DNA of 64,000 nucleotides from an archaeon (GTDB lineage Archaea > Nanobdellota > Nanobdellia > Woesearchaeales > GW2011-AR9): the NCBI GenBank assembly GCA_018696395.1, contig JABHQR010000011.1, positions 56,482 to 120,481 on the forward strand. The letters run 5' to 3'. Shown here piece after piece: positions 1-8,926 of this stretch. The notes below the pieces were generated by a model. That model saw only the letters and a program-made list of their open reading frames with translations, did no database searches and was not told where the DNA came from. The translations under genes and the position numbers were made by a program. Each line of letters starts with the position of its first letter. The stretch's first letter is position 1.

Positions 1-29
1 TAAATGAAAAATCACGAGGAATGATATAA

Positions 30-821
30 ATGCCAAGAAATGTAGTTACACCTGGAGTATTAGAGGTTGAAGATAAACCTTTAGATGGTCAAAATAATGA
101 TGATAGTTCTGGAACTGAACCTCAGCTTGGTTCTGGTTTAGAACAAGATGTTGATAGTTTAGTAAGTGATGATGTCAGTGAACTTGCTGATGAAGCAATT
201 GGGGAATGTTTTCAGAATTATTTAAGTACTTTTTTCTTTAACCTTGATGGTAATTTGTCCCCTATTGCCGGATTTATGTTTCCTAAATTATTAGAAATTT
301 CACCTTATTTAAAAAGTACTGGAAGAAATCCTTGTTCAATTAAATATAATTTGTCAGACAAAATTAATGTTGATTTAGCTAGAAAATTATTAGTTCTCTC
401 TTTAGGAGATTATGTTAAAAATCTTGATTTTTATGATGAAGTTGCAATAATTACTGATCCAAAACAATTATCTGAATATGTTTCTGAATTTGGTGCATTA
501 ATTAATCATATTAATCAAGATAAAAATGTGAGGGCTCGTATTCCTGTTTATGCTGTTGCAATGAATATGCCTAAGAAATATAGAGATTTAGTTGTATTGT
601 CAATAAAAGAAGATGTTGTAAATACTAATAATGTATTTCTTGAAGCTGATAATATAGGTAAAGATACTTTTTTACATAATATGGTGCCAAATTTAGGTAA
701 GATTGTTCATACAGCTGAAAAATATGATGTGGCTAAAGATAGAAAATTTCCAATAATGCCAATTATAAAATCATTGAATGAAGCAAGTGACAGATATATG
801 TCTACTTGGAATATCAAATAA
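30..821 (+). CDS. Hypothetical protein, N-terminally tagged paralog family (member 1)
   Basis: 263-aa ORF with GAGGA SD at 16-20. N-terminus VVTPGVLEVED followed by an acidic linker. Segment ECFQNYLSTFFFNLDGNL aligns with ECFSRVLSTYIISTDRNL of 2795..3700. Confidence 0.8.
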   Translation: MPRNVVTPGVLEVEDKPLDGQNNDDSSGTEPQLGSGLEQDVDSLVSDDVSELADEAIGECFQNYLSTFFFNLDGNLSPIAGFMFPKLLEISPYLKSTGRNPCSIKYNLSDKINVDLARKLLVLSLGDYVKNLDFYDEVAIITDPKQLSEYVSEFGALINHINQDKNVRARIPVYAVAMNMPKKYRDLVVLSIKEDVVNTNNVFLEADNIGKDTFLHNMVPNLGKIVHTAEKYDVAKDRKFPIMPIIKSLNEASDRYMSTWNIK

Positions 822-842
822 ATATTAATAGAGGATAAAAAA

Positions 843-2717
843 ATGTCAATACAATCAAAAACAATATCAAAAACTGAACAAGATCATTTGTTAACACAAT
901 TATTAAGGAATACACCTGGAAGTAAAGATACTGAGAAAGAAGAAATATTACATTCAGCAATGTTATTATCTTTCTACGCTGCGGCAAAGAAAGTTGTAAA
1001 AACTAGTATTTTATCTGCACCTTTTTACAGTATGAAATATGATCACGAGGTTAACAATTTAGAATTTAAAGTTTTAGGTGGCTCAACCACTGCTCCAAAA
1101 AAGAAAGGGGAATATGTGCTGGATGGGTTAGATATGATTTTTGCATGTCATAATCGAGACGTGCCTTTAATTTTACAAGGTGATACTGGTAAAGGTAAAA
1201 CTATTACTACTGAAGCTTATTTGAAAACAATTTTACCTGAAGAAAGTGTAATTATCATGAGTCTTAGTATGGATGATTTTTCTGACAGTCCAAGTGACCC
1301 ATTCAAAACAGATTCGTTTGGAGAAAATCAAGCTGGTATTCCTAAAAGAGTTATTGATTGGGAAAAGATGAGAACAATTGCAGCAGAGTATATTGATGAA
1401 TTTAATTTAGGTAACACTAATGAACTATTACAATTAACTTATGCGAGAATAATGGTTTCTCGTGAAAGAGGATGTGCAGGTATCCCTGTGCCAGAAGTAA
1501 CTTTGCAAGGAGCTAACTATCATGAAAAAAGTAATTTGAAAAGGTTATGGGTATCTGGTTCACAAAACCCACCAAAATCTCAAGATGAACAATTTACTGG
1601 GATAGAACTTAGTGCTTCCATGAAAAATAGAGTATTATTATTAGAATATCCAGGTATTTTACAAAGTGTAGCAGAAACTATGTGGTTAAAAGAATCATTA
1701 AATGGCCATCATAAAGATTTTTTAAAACAGTTTTGTAAAAATTATCAGAAACTTACTGGTCAAAATATTGATCAAGATGCTTTGAAAAAGGAATGGCTAA
1801 GCGTTTATGCTTACACCATGGATTCAAGTAGGACAGAAAAAGCTATTATAACTTCAAGTTTAGAATTTGGTGGATATTTAATGTTAGCTTTATCAGGTAA
1901 CATTGGTAAACTTTATGAAGGAGAAAAAGAAGTTGTGCGTGGTTGTAGTGAAAGATTAGGTAGTTTAGTAAATAACTTTAATTTAAGTAATAAAGTTGAT
2001 GATGGTTCTCAAGAAGTTAAGAACGTTAAGCAAATTTTATCTTCATTCAATAAAGATCTTACTGAAAGAGATGATCGTGCAATTAAAGATTTAGCAGATT
2101 TAATTGCAACTCAAAAAGCTTTAAAGAATGCTTATGCAGTGAGAAGAACTAATCCTAGTGGTGTATTACAAACTTATTTGAATGATTCAGGTTATATCAC
2201 TATTGAAGATGTAGCAGCTGCAACAACTCTGTTAGCAAGAAATAAGCAAAGAGATAGTACTAATGATCCATTAAATGTTGTTAATTCTATCTTGAAAACT
2301 TATACCAGGTTAGTTGATGACTTGGCAGATAAAATGAAAATTAAAGGTTACACCAGTTTTAGAACAGATAATCCTAATATTGGACTAAAATATTTCATAT
2401 ATACTACCTCTTTGATGGACTCAAAAAACACTGATGAAATAGTTAGAAAAATTGATCAAGGTGTTGGAAGACTTAAAAGAATCACTACTGGTTCAGAATT
2501 TGGAAAAGTAATTGTTGCTAGGACAGTAGCAGATTTAGCAGTATGTGCATCTTTCTTGAAAGATTATGAATCAGAAGTTAATCAGTATATCAAAGAATCT
2601 AGTGGAAATGAAATGGAACTAAGAGGAAAAATTCAATCTCTTTACGAACAAGAGTCTGGGGATGACCCTGATTTTGATCCATTGTATGAACACAGGTTAA
2701 CTAGAATCTTATTATAA
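843..2717 (+). CDS. MoxR-like AAA+ ATPase with long helical C-terminal extension
   Basis: Walker A GDTGKGKT, Walker B EYIDEFN, sensor-1 GSQNPP and an Arg-finger-like LSASMKNRV, in the order typical of MoxR-family AAA+ proteins. GAGGA SD at 831-835. Confidence 0.8.
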   Translation: MSIQSKTISKTEQDHLLTQLLRNTPGSKDTEKEEILHSAMLLSFYAAAKKVVKTSILSAPFYSMKYDHEVNNLEFKVLGGSTTAPKKKGEYVLDGLDMIFACHNRDVPLILQGDTGKGKTITTEAYLKTILPEESVIIMSLSMDDFSDSPSDPFKTDSFGENQAGIPKRVIDWEKMRTIAAEYIDEFNLGNTNELLQLTYARIMVSRERGCAGIPVPEVTLQGANYHEKSNLKRLWVSGSQNPPKSQDEQFTGIELSASMKNRVLLLEYPGILQSVAETMWLKESLNGHHKDFLKQFCKNYQKLTGQNIDQDALKKEWLSVYAYTMDSSRTEKAIITSSLEFGGYLMLALSGNIGKLYEGEKEVVRGCSERLGSLVNNFNLSNKVDDGSQEVKNVKQILSSFNKDLTERDDRAIKDLADLIATQKALKNAYAVRRTNPSGVLQTYLNDSGYITIEDVAAATTLLARNKQRDSTNDPLNVVNSILKTYTRLVDDLADKMKIKGYTSFRTDNPNIGLKYFIYTTSLMDSKNTDEIVRKIDQGVGRLKRITTGSEFGKVIVARTVADLAVCASFLKDYESEVNQYIKESSGNEMELRGKIQSLYEQESGDDPDFDPLYEHRLTRILL

Positions 2718-2794
2718 TTTTGCTTATGATTTTAGAAGCAATTGATTATGTATTAATTATGTGATAAATCAAAATAAATAAAATAATATAAAAA

Positions 2795-3700
2795 ATGGCA
2801 AAAATAATTCAACCAAAAACACTGGAACTTGAAGAACAAGTTCAAGGAGAAGATCCAACTAAATCAGATGCAGATGTTTCTGTTGATGGTATTGTGGGAA
2901 ATACAGATGTGAATTCTTTCAACACTGATGTTAAAGCAGAATGTTTTAGTAGAGTTTTAAGCACTTATATTATATCTACTGATCGTAATTTATTAAATAA
3001 CTATTCTAATGAAGATTTAAAAGCAGTATCTAAATATTTGACTTATGGTAATAGATTAACTTTATCATTTAAAGAATTAGACCGAGACTCGTTTATTGAT
3101 TTAGTTAATTTAGTGGACAAAGATTTAGGTGAATTATTAAGATTAACTAACTTAAAAGAATTATTCCCTGAAGAAGGAATAAGGTTGGATGGAACTACTA
3201 GAACTCAATCAAGAAATTCAGTATGTCTGACTGCATTTAATAATATTGAGACTACTTATGGTAGATTTCTCCGTGTTTCTGGAAGAGAAGTAATAATTCC
3301 AGATGTTCATGCACTTCCTTTATTCTTAACATCTGATAGAAGTGAATTACTTGCCAGTTTTTTGAAACATCAAGCAGGAGGTTCTGTTAGTAAAGTTAAT
3401 TCAATTGGTAATAGTATAGTTAAAATTCAACGTAGGGATGGCTCATATAAAGAATTTGGTCAAAAATTACCTAGTGTATATGATATTTTAAACCCTAAGG
3501 CAGTCTTAGATTATATTAAATATAAAAATGATAAGCCTGAAGATCTTGATTTTAAAGGATTAGCTGAAGAATTGCATGATATTAATCAACTATATGTTAG
3601 TAGTGCTTTAGGTTGGGATGATAATAGTGATGTTATTGTTGATAAAGATAAATTGACTGATGGGTTATTAGTTATTTACAAGAATGCAAATAAAGAGTAA
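2795..3700 (+). CDS. Hypothetical protein, N-terminally tagged paralog family (member 2)
   Basis: 301 aa, N-terminus MAKIIQPKTLELEEQVQGE. Clear paralog of 5365..6255 (LDRDSFIDLVNL..TNLKELFP vs LDRDDFLDLVEL..TNLKTLFP). Confidence 0.85.
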   Translation: MAKIIQPKTLELEEQVQGEDPTKSDADVSVDGIVGNTDVNSFNTDVKAECFSRVLSTYIISTDRNLLNNYSNEDLKAVSKYLTYGNRLTLSFKELDRDSFIDLVNLVDKDLGELLRLTNLKELFPEEGIRLDGTTRTQSRNSVCLTAFNNIETTYGRFLRVSGREVIIPDVHALPLFLTSDRSELLASFLKHQAGGSVSKVNSIGNSIVKIQRRDGSYKEFGQKLPSVYDILNPKAVLDYIKYKNDKPEDLDFKGLAEELHDINQLYVSSALGWDDNSDVIVDKDKLTDGLLVIYKNANKE

Positions 3701-3735
3701 TGATTAAACTAAATTAAAAATAAAAATACACAAAA

Positions 3736-5277
3736 ATGGTAAGCGTAATAACACCAGGAACTTTGGAAATTGAAGAACAAGTGCCAGAAGAAGAAGTTAT
3801 TCTAGAAGATAAAGTAATTGACTTTCTTAATTCAGAACAACATCAGTTACTTGATAGAGAAAAACTTATTGATTTTCATAAACTTCCTGTTATCAAAGCA
3901 TTTTATAATGCTAACAAAAGAGTAAGTAAAAATAGTACTTTTTGTTCAAGATTAGAAGATCATATCACTGAAGCAGTTAAATTGTATGATTTATTAGATC
4001 GTGGTCAAAAAGAAAATTTAGGAATTTTAACATCTTTGTACACAGAACTTAAATTTGGTCGTAATGCAGATCAGGTGTTACATTTAAAAAATCTTGACTT
4101 TTTGAATGATCTGGGTTTAGCTGGTAAAGATTATTTACTTAACAATTTAACAAATACAATCATTGAATATGTTGATTGTGAGGGTGGATCGAACATATTA
4201 TCTAATTGTAATGGTGTAATAATTGGTAAAGTCAGTTGTGAACATGTTGACTTTTTTGGTTCAAATTCTAATAATTTAAAAGTTTATGAAATTGATCACA
4301 GTGGAAGTAATTTTGGTGCCACTAGTAATAACTTATTAGTACAGTACATTAAAATGGCCGGATGTAGTTTTGGTTTCAGTAGTAAAAATTGTAAAGTTGA
4401 TGAAGTTGATATTACTGATAGTGGGTTTGCTGTTAAGAGTAAAGATTTTCATCTTACTAGTGCTAAAAAAGTAGGGATGAATTTTGGAACCAATTCAACA
4501 AATTTAAATTTTGTAAAAATAGGCGATGTTGGAGATCATTTTGGTTTAAGTTCATTAAATTTATCCGGAATAGAAATTACTGGTAAAGTTGGTACTGGTT
4601 TTGGTAGTGAGAGTAATGGTTTAACTGTTGATAAAATCAATGAAGTTGGTGACAGGTTTGGTTCTCTTTCTAAAACAATGACTATTGGTAGTATAAGTAA
4701 GGCACATTCTTCTTTAGGTATAGATAGTGAAGATTTGTCAATAGGTTATGTTGGAATAGCTTTAGAAAATTTTGGGAGAGAATCAAGATACTTGAAAGTT
4801 AAAAATATTGGGCTGGTTTTATCTGATAGATTTGGGGAAAAAAGTCATAATATGGAAATAGGAAGAGTAGGTGAATTTCTTCTGTACAAAAATGGAACTT
4901 TTGGTGGTTCTGCAGTAGGCATGTATGTTTTCAAAATTGATAAAATGAGTATATATAATCATAATGCAAATAATGCCTCTGTTGATTTCCGAAATTATGA
5001 AACTATTCTAAAAAATGGAAAATCAATTATTAGGTCCCCTTTTGAAATAGAAGAGATTGAATTTTTGTTTAGTGGGCAACATTCATTGAATAAATCAAAG
5101 ACAGTTGGGCCAAATGATTATGCATTTAGGGTTAAAGTTGAAAGTGAATATAAAATATTCACCGATCGAAAGGCAAACGAATGTTTGCCCCAGTTAGGAG
5201 AAAAATTTGGTTATGCTGAATATGATAAAACAATGAACTTGTTAAATGTATCAGTGGGTGATCCTGATGAATTATAA
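3736..5277 (+). CDS. Beta-helix repeat protein (GXGXG/FwdC-like 19-aa repeats) with the shared N-terminal tag
   Basis: About 11 tandem 19-20-aa repeats FGxxSxNLxVxxIxxVGxx. N-terminus MVSVITPGTLEIEEQV. Confidence 0.75.
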   Translation: MVSVITPGTLEIEEQVPEEEVILEDKVIDFLNSEQHQLLDREKLIDFHKLPVIKAFYNANKRVSKNSTFCSRLEDHITEAVKLYDLLDRGQKENLGILTSLYTELKFGRNADQVLHLKNLDFLNDLGLAGKDYLLNNLTNTIIEYVDCEGGSNILSNCNGVIIGKVSCEHVDFFGSNSNNLKVYEIDHSGSNFGATSNNLLVQYIKMAGCSFGFSSKNCKVDEVDITDSGFAVKSKDFHLTSAKKVGMNFGTNSTNLNFVKIGDVGDHFGLSSLNLSGIEITGKVGTGFGSESNGLTVDKINEVGDRFGSLSKTMTIGSISKAHSSLGIDSEDLSIGYVGIALENFGRESRYLKVKNIGLVLSDRFGEKSHNMEIGRVGEFLLYKNGTFGGSAVGMYVFKIDKMSIYNHNANNASVDFRNYETILKNGKSIIRSPFEIEEIEFLFSGQHSLNKSKTVGPNDYAFRVKVESEYKIFTDRKANECLPQLGEKFGYAEYDKTMNLLNVSVGDPDEL

Positions 5278-5364
5278 TCAAGTGGTATGGTGTGATGTTA
5301 AAAAAATAATTAGAATATAAAATAAACAAAATAAAAATAAAAATTAAAATAAAGGTAAATAAAA

Positions 5365-6255
5365 ATGGCAAAAGTAATACAACCAAAAACACCAGAAATA
5401 GAAGGGCCAGTTCAAGGAGAACAAGGAGATCTGTCTGATATAAGTGATGATGATAGAATTGTTGTAGCTAATAGTGAGTTTGAACTTCATTGTATTGGTA
5501 AGATGATTCAAGCCCATAGTAAAACTTTGAGAAAGGAATATGAGTTAAATCGTGGCGAGTCAATGTGTCTTGCAAAATATGTTGGTTTCAACGATAAGAT
5601 GGAATTATGTGCTTCAGATTTGGATAGGGATGATTTTTTAGATCTTGTTGAATTGGCTGATTCTAATTTAGGAAATATAATTAAAAATACTAATCTAAAA
5701 ACTTTGTTTCCAGATGTAATTAATGTAGAAATAGGCGAACCAATTCCACCAGATAATAGATTTTATCATAAAGCTGTAAATGCATACAAAGAAAAGTTTG
5801 GAAATGTATTAAAAAGATCTAAAGGTAGTTTAATCATTCCAGATATGTACTGTGTCCCTCTATTTTTTCCTGATGGTATGGGTCAATTATTTATAGAATA
5901 TCTTGGGTATATGGGGACTGATAAACCAAAAACTTACAATGGTGGAGACCCCATGTTTTTTGTTGCAAGTGATTTTCATGGAAATAAATACTTAGGATCA
6001 AATAATTTTTGGAGTGGCGTAAGTTTATTTTGCCCTGATAAGGTTTTAAACTTAATAAGTCAGTTAGATTCTAAATCAGAAGAGTTTGATTTAGTTGGTT
6101 TAATGGAGAAGTATGGTCAGTTCGAATCAACTTATCAGAAAGAGATTAAACAAAAAGATGGTACTGGGTTACAATTTGTTGACCTCACTAATTTAACTCA
6201 AAATTTACATGTAATGTATCAATCTAGGGTAGAGAGTCTTACAAAGAAAAGCTAA
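5365..6255 (+). CDS. Hypothetical protein, N-terminally tagged paralog family (member 3)
   Basis: 296 aa, N-terminus MAKVIQPKTPEIEGPVQGE. Paralog of 2795..3700 (IIPDMYCVPLFF vs IIPDVHALPLFL). Confidence 0.85.
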   Translation: MAKVIQPKTPEIEGPVQGEQGDLSDISDDDRIVVANSEFELHCIGKMIQAHSKTLRKEYELNRGESMCLAKYVGFNDKMELCASDLDRDDFLDLVELADSNLGNIIKNTNLKTLFPDVINVEIGEPIPPDNRFYHKAVNAYKEKFGNVLKRSKGSLIIPDMYCVPLFFPDGMGQLFIEYLGYMGTDKPKTYNGGDPMFFVASDFHGNKYLGSNNFWSGVSLFCPDKVLNLISQLDSKSEEFDLVGLMEKYGQFESTYQKEIKQKDGTGLQFVDLTNLTQNLHVMYQSRVESLTKKS

Positions 6256-6364
6256 ACATTTTCTTTTTAATTTTTATAACTCAAATTAAAATAAATTGGA
6301 AATAAAGTAAACAAAATAAAAACAATAAAAATACAATCTTGAGAAAATAAGCAAAACCAAAAAA

Positions 6365-8620
6365 ATGACTGCAATCGTAACAACTACATTGGAAGATGCC
6401 ATCAGAGGATGGGAAAGGATAGTCAAAGTAGAATGTCCACTGTTTCAAATGCCAGTAGTTACTGTTGATCCTGATCCAAACTCAAAATCGTTATGGTCAT
6501 TTGCAACAGATTGTAGTCAAGTGATGGCTAATTTGTATAAACCAGTAGAAATTGATAAAAAATTTGAAACTATTGTTGCTAAATTGTACCAAACTGCGTA
6601 TGGTAATCAAGCTAATACTACTGCTCAATCTTTAATAAGTTCAATATTTTCTAAAAAGAAAAACAATGATGATGAATTTAAAAGAACTTTATCTTTTCAT
6701 AACAGTTTATCTTTGTTAATCCATGAACTGTTTCATCCAAGATATATGCCTGATAGTACTAAAAGAATTGATGAAGAAACTAATGAAGTAATTTTAGGTG
6801 ATAAAGAGCTAATTCATAAAGCGATTTATGAAGGTATTAAAGAAGCTTTACCAACGGATTCTGAAAAAGATTTACTTACTAAAACCCGAAATGTAGAAAA
6901 TGCTGTATGGGATTTTTGTATTGACACATTTCAATATTATTTTATATCTCAAAATAAAGATTTGGCAAGAACTTTGTCTAGGGAATTGAAAAAGTCAGGT
7001 TACCAAATTGATGGGAAAGAAATCGGACATTTTCCAGAAGGAGTAATACCTATTTTTGATGTAGTAAGTTATTCAGATCAAGATAAGCTTGATAAAAGTG
7101 TAATTGGATTAAATAGATATACATATTCATTATTGTTTTGTGGAGATTTAGATACAAGAAAAAACTTGTTAAATTATTTCGGTGATAAAATTAGAAAAGG
7201 TGGAGTGCACAATATTGAAAATTTAGTTTCCAGTTCATTAAAAGGAATAATCTCTAAAATTGATAACGATACTTTACTAGAAAAAGGAATTGTTATGAAA
7301 AAGTATCAATATTCAGTTGATCAAATTTTAGCTGACCAATTATCTCAAAATTATGATAATCAATATCTTGTTGAAACCATGACTTCTTTGTTTATGGACA
7401 AAAAAACAAGGTATGATGCTATTAAAGGTTTTATCAAACCATTAGCACATTTAATTACAGTACAAAATTATGAACAAAGGGGTGGCGGTTCTGGTCAAGG
7501 ACAGGGTCAAGGTCAACCCGGACAACAACAACCTGGACAAGGTCAGGGACAGGGTCAAGGGCAGCAAGGTGATCAACCAGGACAACAACCAAGTCAAGGT
7601 GATGGTGGAAACAGTTCAGGTCCATCAGATTTAGGTGATGTACTTGATGCGATTATGAATGGAATGGATCAGAATCAGCAAAATCAGTTATTGAATGGTT
7701 TAGCAGCAGGTGGTGGCCAAGGTGGTAATCCTAATTCAGTAGAATTGCAAATGTTGGGCAGAGATAAGTATTACAAATTAAACTCTCCTGATGTTTCAAT
7801 ATCTTCACCTGATGAAGAACTGAAAACTTTTGATCAAGGTAAAATTAAGACTTGGGAAAAGCACAGATCTATCAGGGTGCCTGCAAACGAACTTCACAAA
7901 CATCATAAAATGATAGAAGTTGGATTAAGAAATGGTTTACCTGTACTAATACCTTTAGTAAAAGGAAAAGTTTTTGTTGTAAACTATTTCAAAAAGGTTG
8001 AAACTCACTTAGAATCATACTGTTTTCAAAGTAGAGGGATGGACATTGCAGATAATTTAATTTTTATCAATGACTCTTCTGGAAGTATGGGTGGTGGTAA
8101 ACCTGGAGGTGGTTCAAGTTGGGACGGTTTAATGCATGTTGAGTATGGTGTTATGAAAACTTTGTATCAAGCATTACAACAAAATCCTAAACCAGTTAGC
8201 GCTTGGGTTGGAAATTTTTCTAATAGTACATATTTAACTGGCCCACACGATTTTAAACAGTTTTATGAATCAGCAAAAAGTGATGGCAAAAGAAATTTAT
8301 TAATTCCTCAAGGTGGTGTGACCAATCTTAATACTAGAATATTTGATATGATTAAACCAAAATTAAGAGATGGTAGAACTGTTTGGAATTTTATCACTGA
8401 TGGTGGAATCTCTAATTCAGGTGCAGTTTATCAGGCAATTGAAAGTTTGACTAGGCAAGAAAATCATTGTTTCTTATACTTTGATATGTTTTGTAGTAGT
8501 TCATTAGGTGGACAATTGAAACAATTAAGTTCACAAAGAGAAAATGTAAGATACTTTTCAGTTAGAAACATGCAAGAAATTCTTAAAGGTAACATTGATG
8601 TTTTGATTAAGTATAAATAG
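6365..8620 (+). CDS. Putative metallopeptidase (HEXXH) + G/Q linker + VWA domain protein
   Basis: HELFH at 6722-6736, a Gly/Gln-rich linker, MIDAS DSSGS at 8072-8086, then a GGVT threonine and FITDG. Confidence 0.85.
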   Translation: MTAIVTTTLEDAIRGWERIVKVECPLFQMPVVTVDPDPNSKSLWSFATDCSQVMANLYKPVEIDKKFETIVAKLYQTAYGNQANTTAQSLISSIFSKKKNNDDEFKRTLSFHNSLSLLIHELFHPRYMPDSTKRIDEETNEVILGDKELIHKAIYEGIKEALPTDSEKDLLTKTRNVENAVWDFCIDTFQYYFISQNKDLARTLSRELKKSGYQIDGKEIGHFPEGVIPIFDVVSYSDQDKLDKSVIGLNRYTYSLLFCGDLDTRKNLLNYFGDKIRKGGVHNIENLVSSSLKGIISKIDNDTLLEKGIVMKKYQYSVDQILADQLSQNYDNQYLVETMTSLFMDKKTRYDAIKGFIKPLAHLITVQNYEQRGGGSGQGQGQGQPGQQQPGQGQGQGQGQQGDQPGQQPSQGDGGNSSGPSDLGDVLDAIMNGMDQNQQNQLLNGLAAGGGQGGNPNSVELQMLGRDKYYKLNSPDVSISSPDEELKTFDQGKIKTWEKHRSIRVPANELHKHHKMIEVGLRNGLPVLIPLVKGKVFVVNYFKKVETHLESYCFQSRGMDIADNLIFINDSSGSMGGGKPGGGSSWDGLMHVEYGVMKTLYQALQQNPKPVSAWVGNFSNSTYLTGPHDFKQFYESAKSDGKRNLLIPQGGVTNLNTRIFDMIKPKLRDGRTVWNFITDGGISNSGAVYQAIESLTRQENHCFLYFDMFCSSSLGGQLKQLSSQRENVRYFSVRNMQEILKGNIDVLIKYK
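7479..7625 (+). repeat. Low-complexity Gly/Gln coding repeat (GQGQGQ/GQQQP)
   Basis: Imperfect repeats of ggtcaagg/acagggtcaagg encoding GGGSGQGQGQGQPGQQQPGQGQGQGQGQQGDQPGQQPSQG. Confidence 0.85.
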
Positions 8621-8661
8621 TTTTTAATGATTAAATTTTTAATCAGTTCTAAAAAAGAAAA

Positions 8662-8777
8662 TGTGGGCGGCAGGGCTCGAACCTGCGTAGGCACTAAGCC
8701 AATAGGTATCTTCAAGTTGATAATGATTTATCAGTCTTGCCTAAGCCTATCCCGTTTGACCACTCCGGCACGCCCAC
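8662..8777 (-). tRNA. tRNA-Leu (anticodon TAG) with 32-nt intron at 37/38 (8708-8739)
   Basis: Acceptor stem GTGGGCG/CGCCCAC with discriminator A, D arm CCGGAGTGGTCAAACGG, anticodon stem ATAGG/CCTAT with loop CT-TAG-G|A, long variable arm, T arm GCAGG-TTCGAGC-CCTGC. Intron forms a relaxed bulge-helix-bulge. No encoded CCA. Confidence 0.95.
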
Positions 8778-8926
8778 ATTAATTATTCTGAATTTCATCA
8801 CTTATTTTTATATCTTTTGTTTTAAATTAAGTTAATTTGAACAATTTTATGTTTAAGATAAACAATACCCAAATCTTCACTCTAACCCCATAATATTTAT
8901 AAATTGGATTGTGTGTGAGAAATTCT

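Noticed and set aside
30-5277. Tagged proteins as contractile tail sheath subunits
   Set aside because: Only the first ~10 residues resemble sheath N-termini; no sheath body, tube or baseplate genes were recognised.
5277-6364. A-rich spacers (aaataaaa-like runs) between genes of the MoxR-VWA locus as possible CRISPR or repeat array
   Set aside because: Low complexity, with no constant-length repeat and spacer periodicity.
8464-8715. 83-aa minus-strand ORF
   Set aside because: Overlaps the tRNA-Leu and the VWA gene antisense; shadow ORF.
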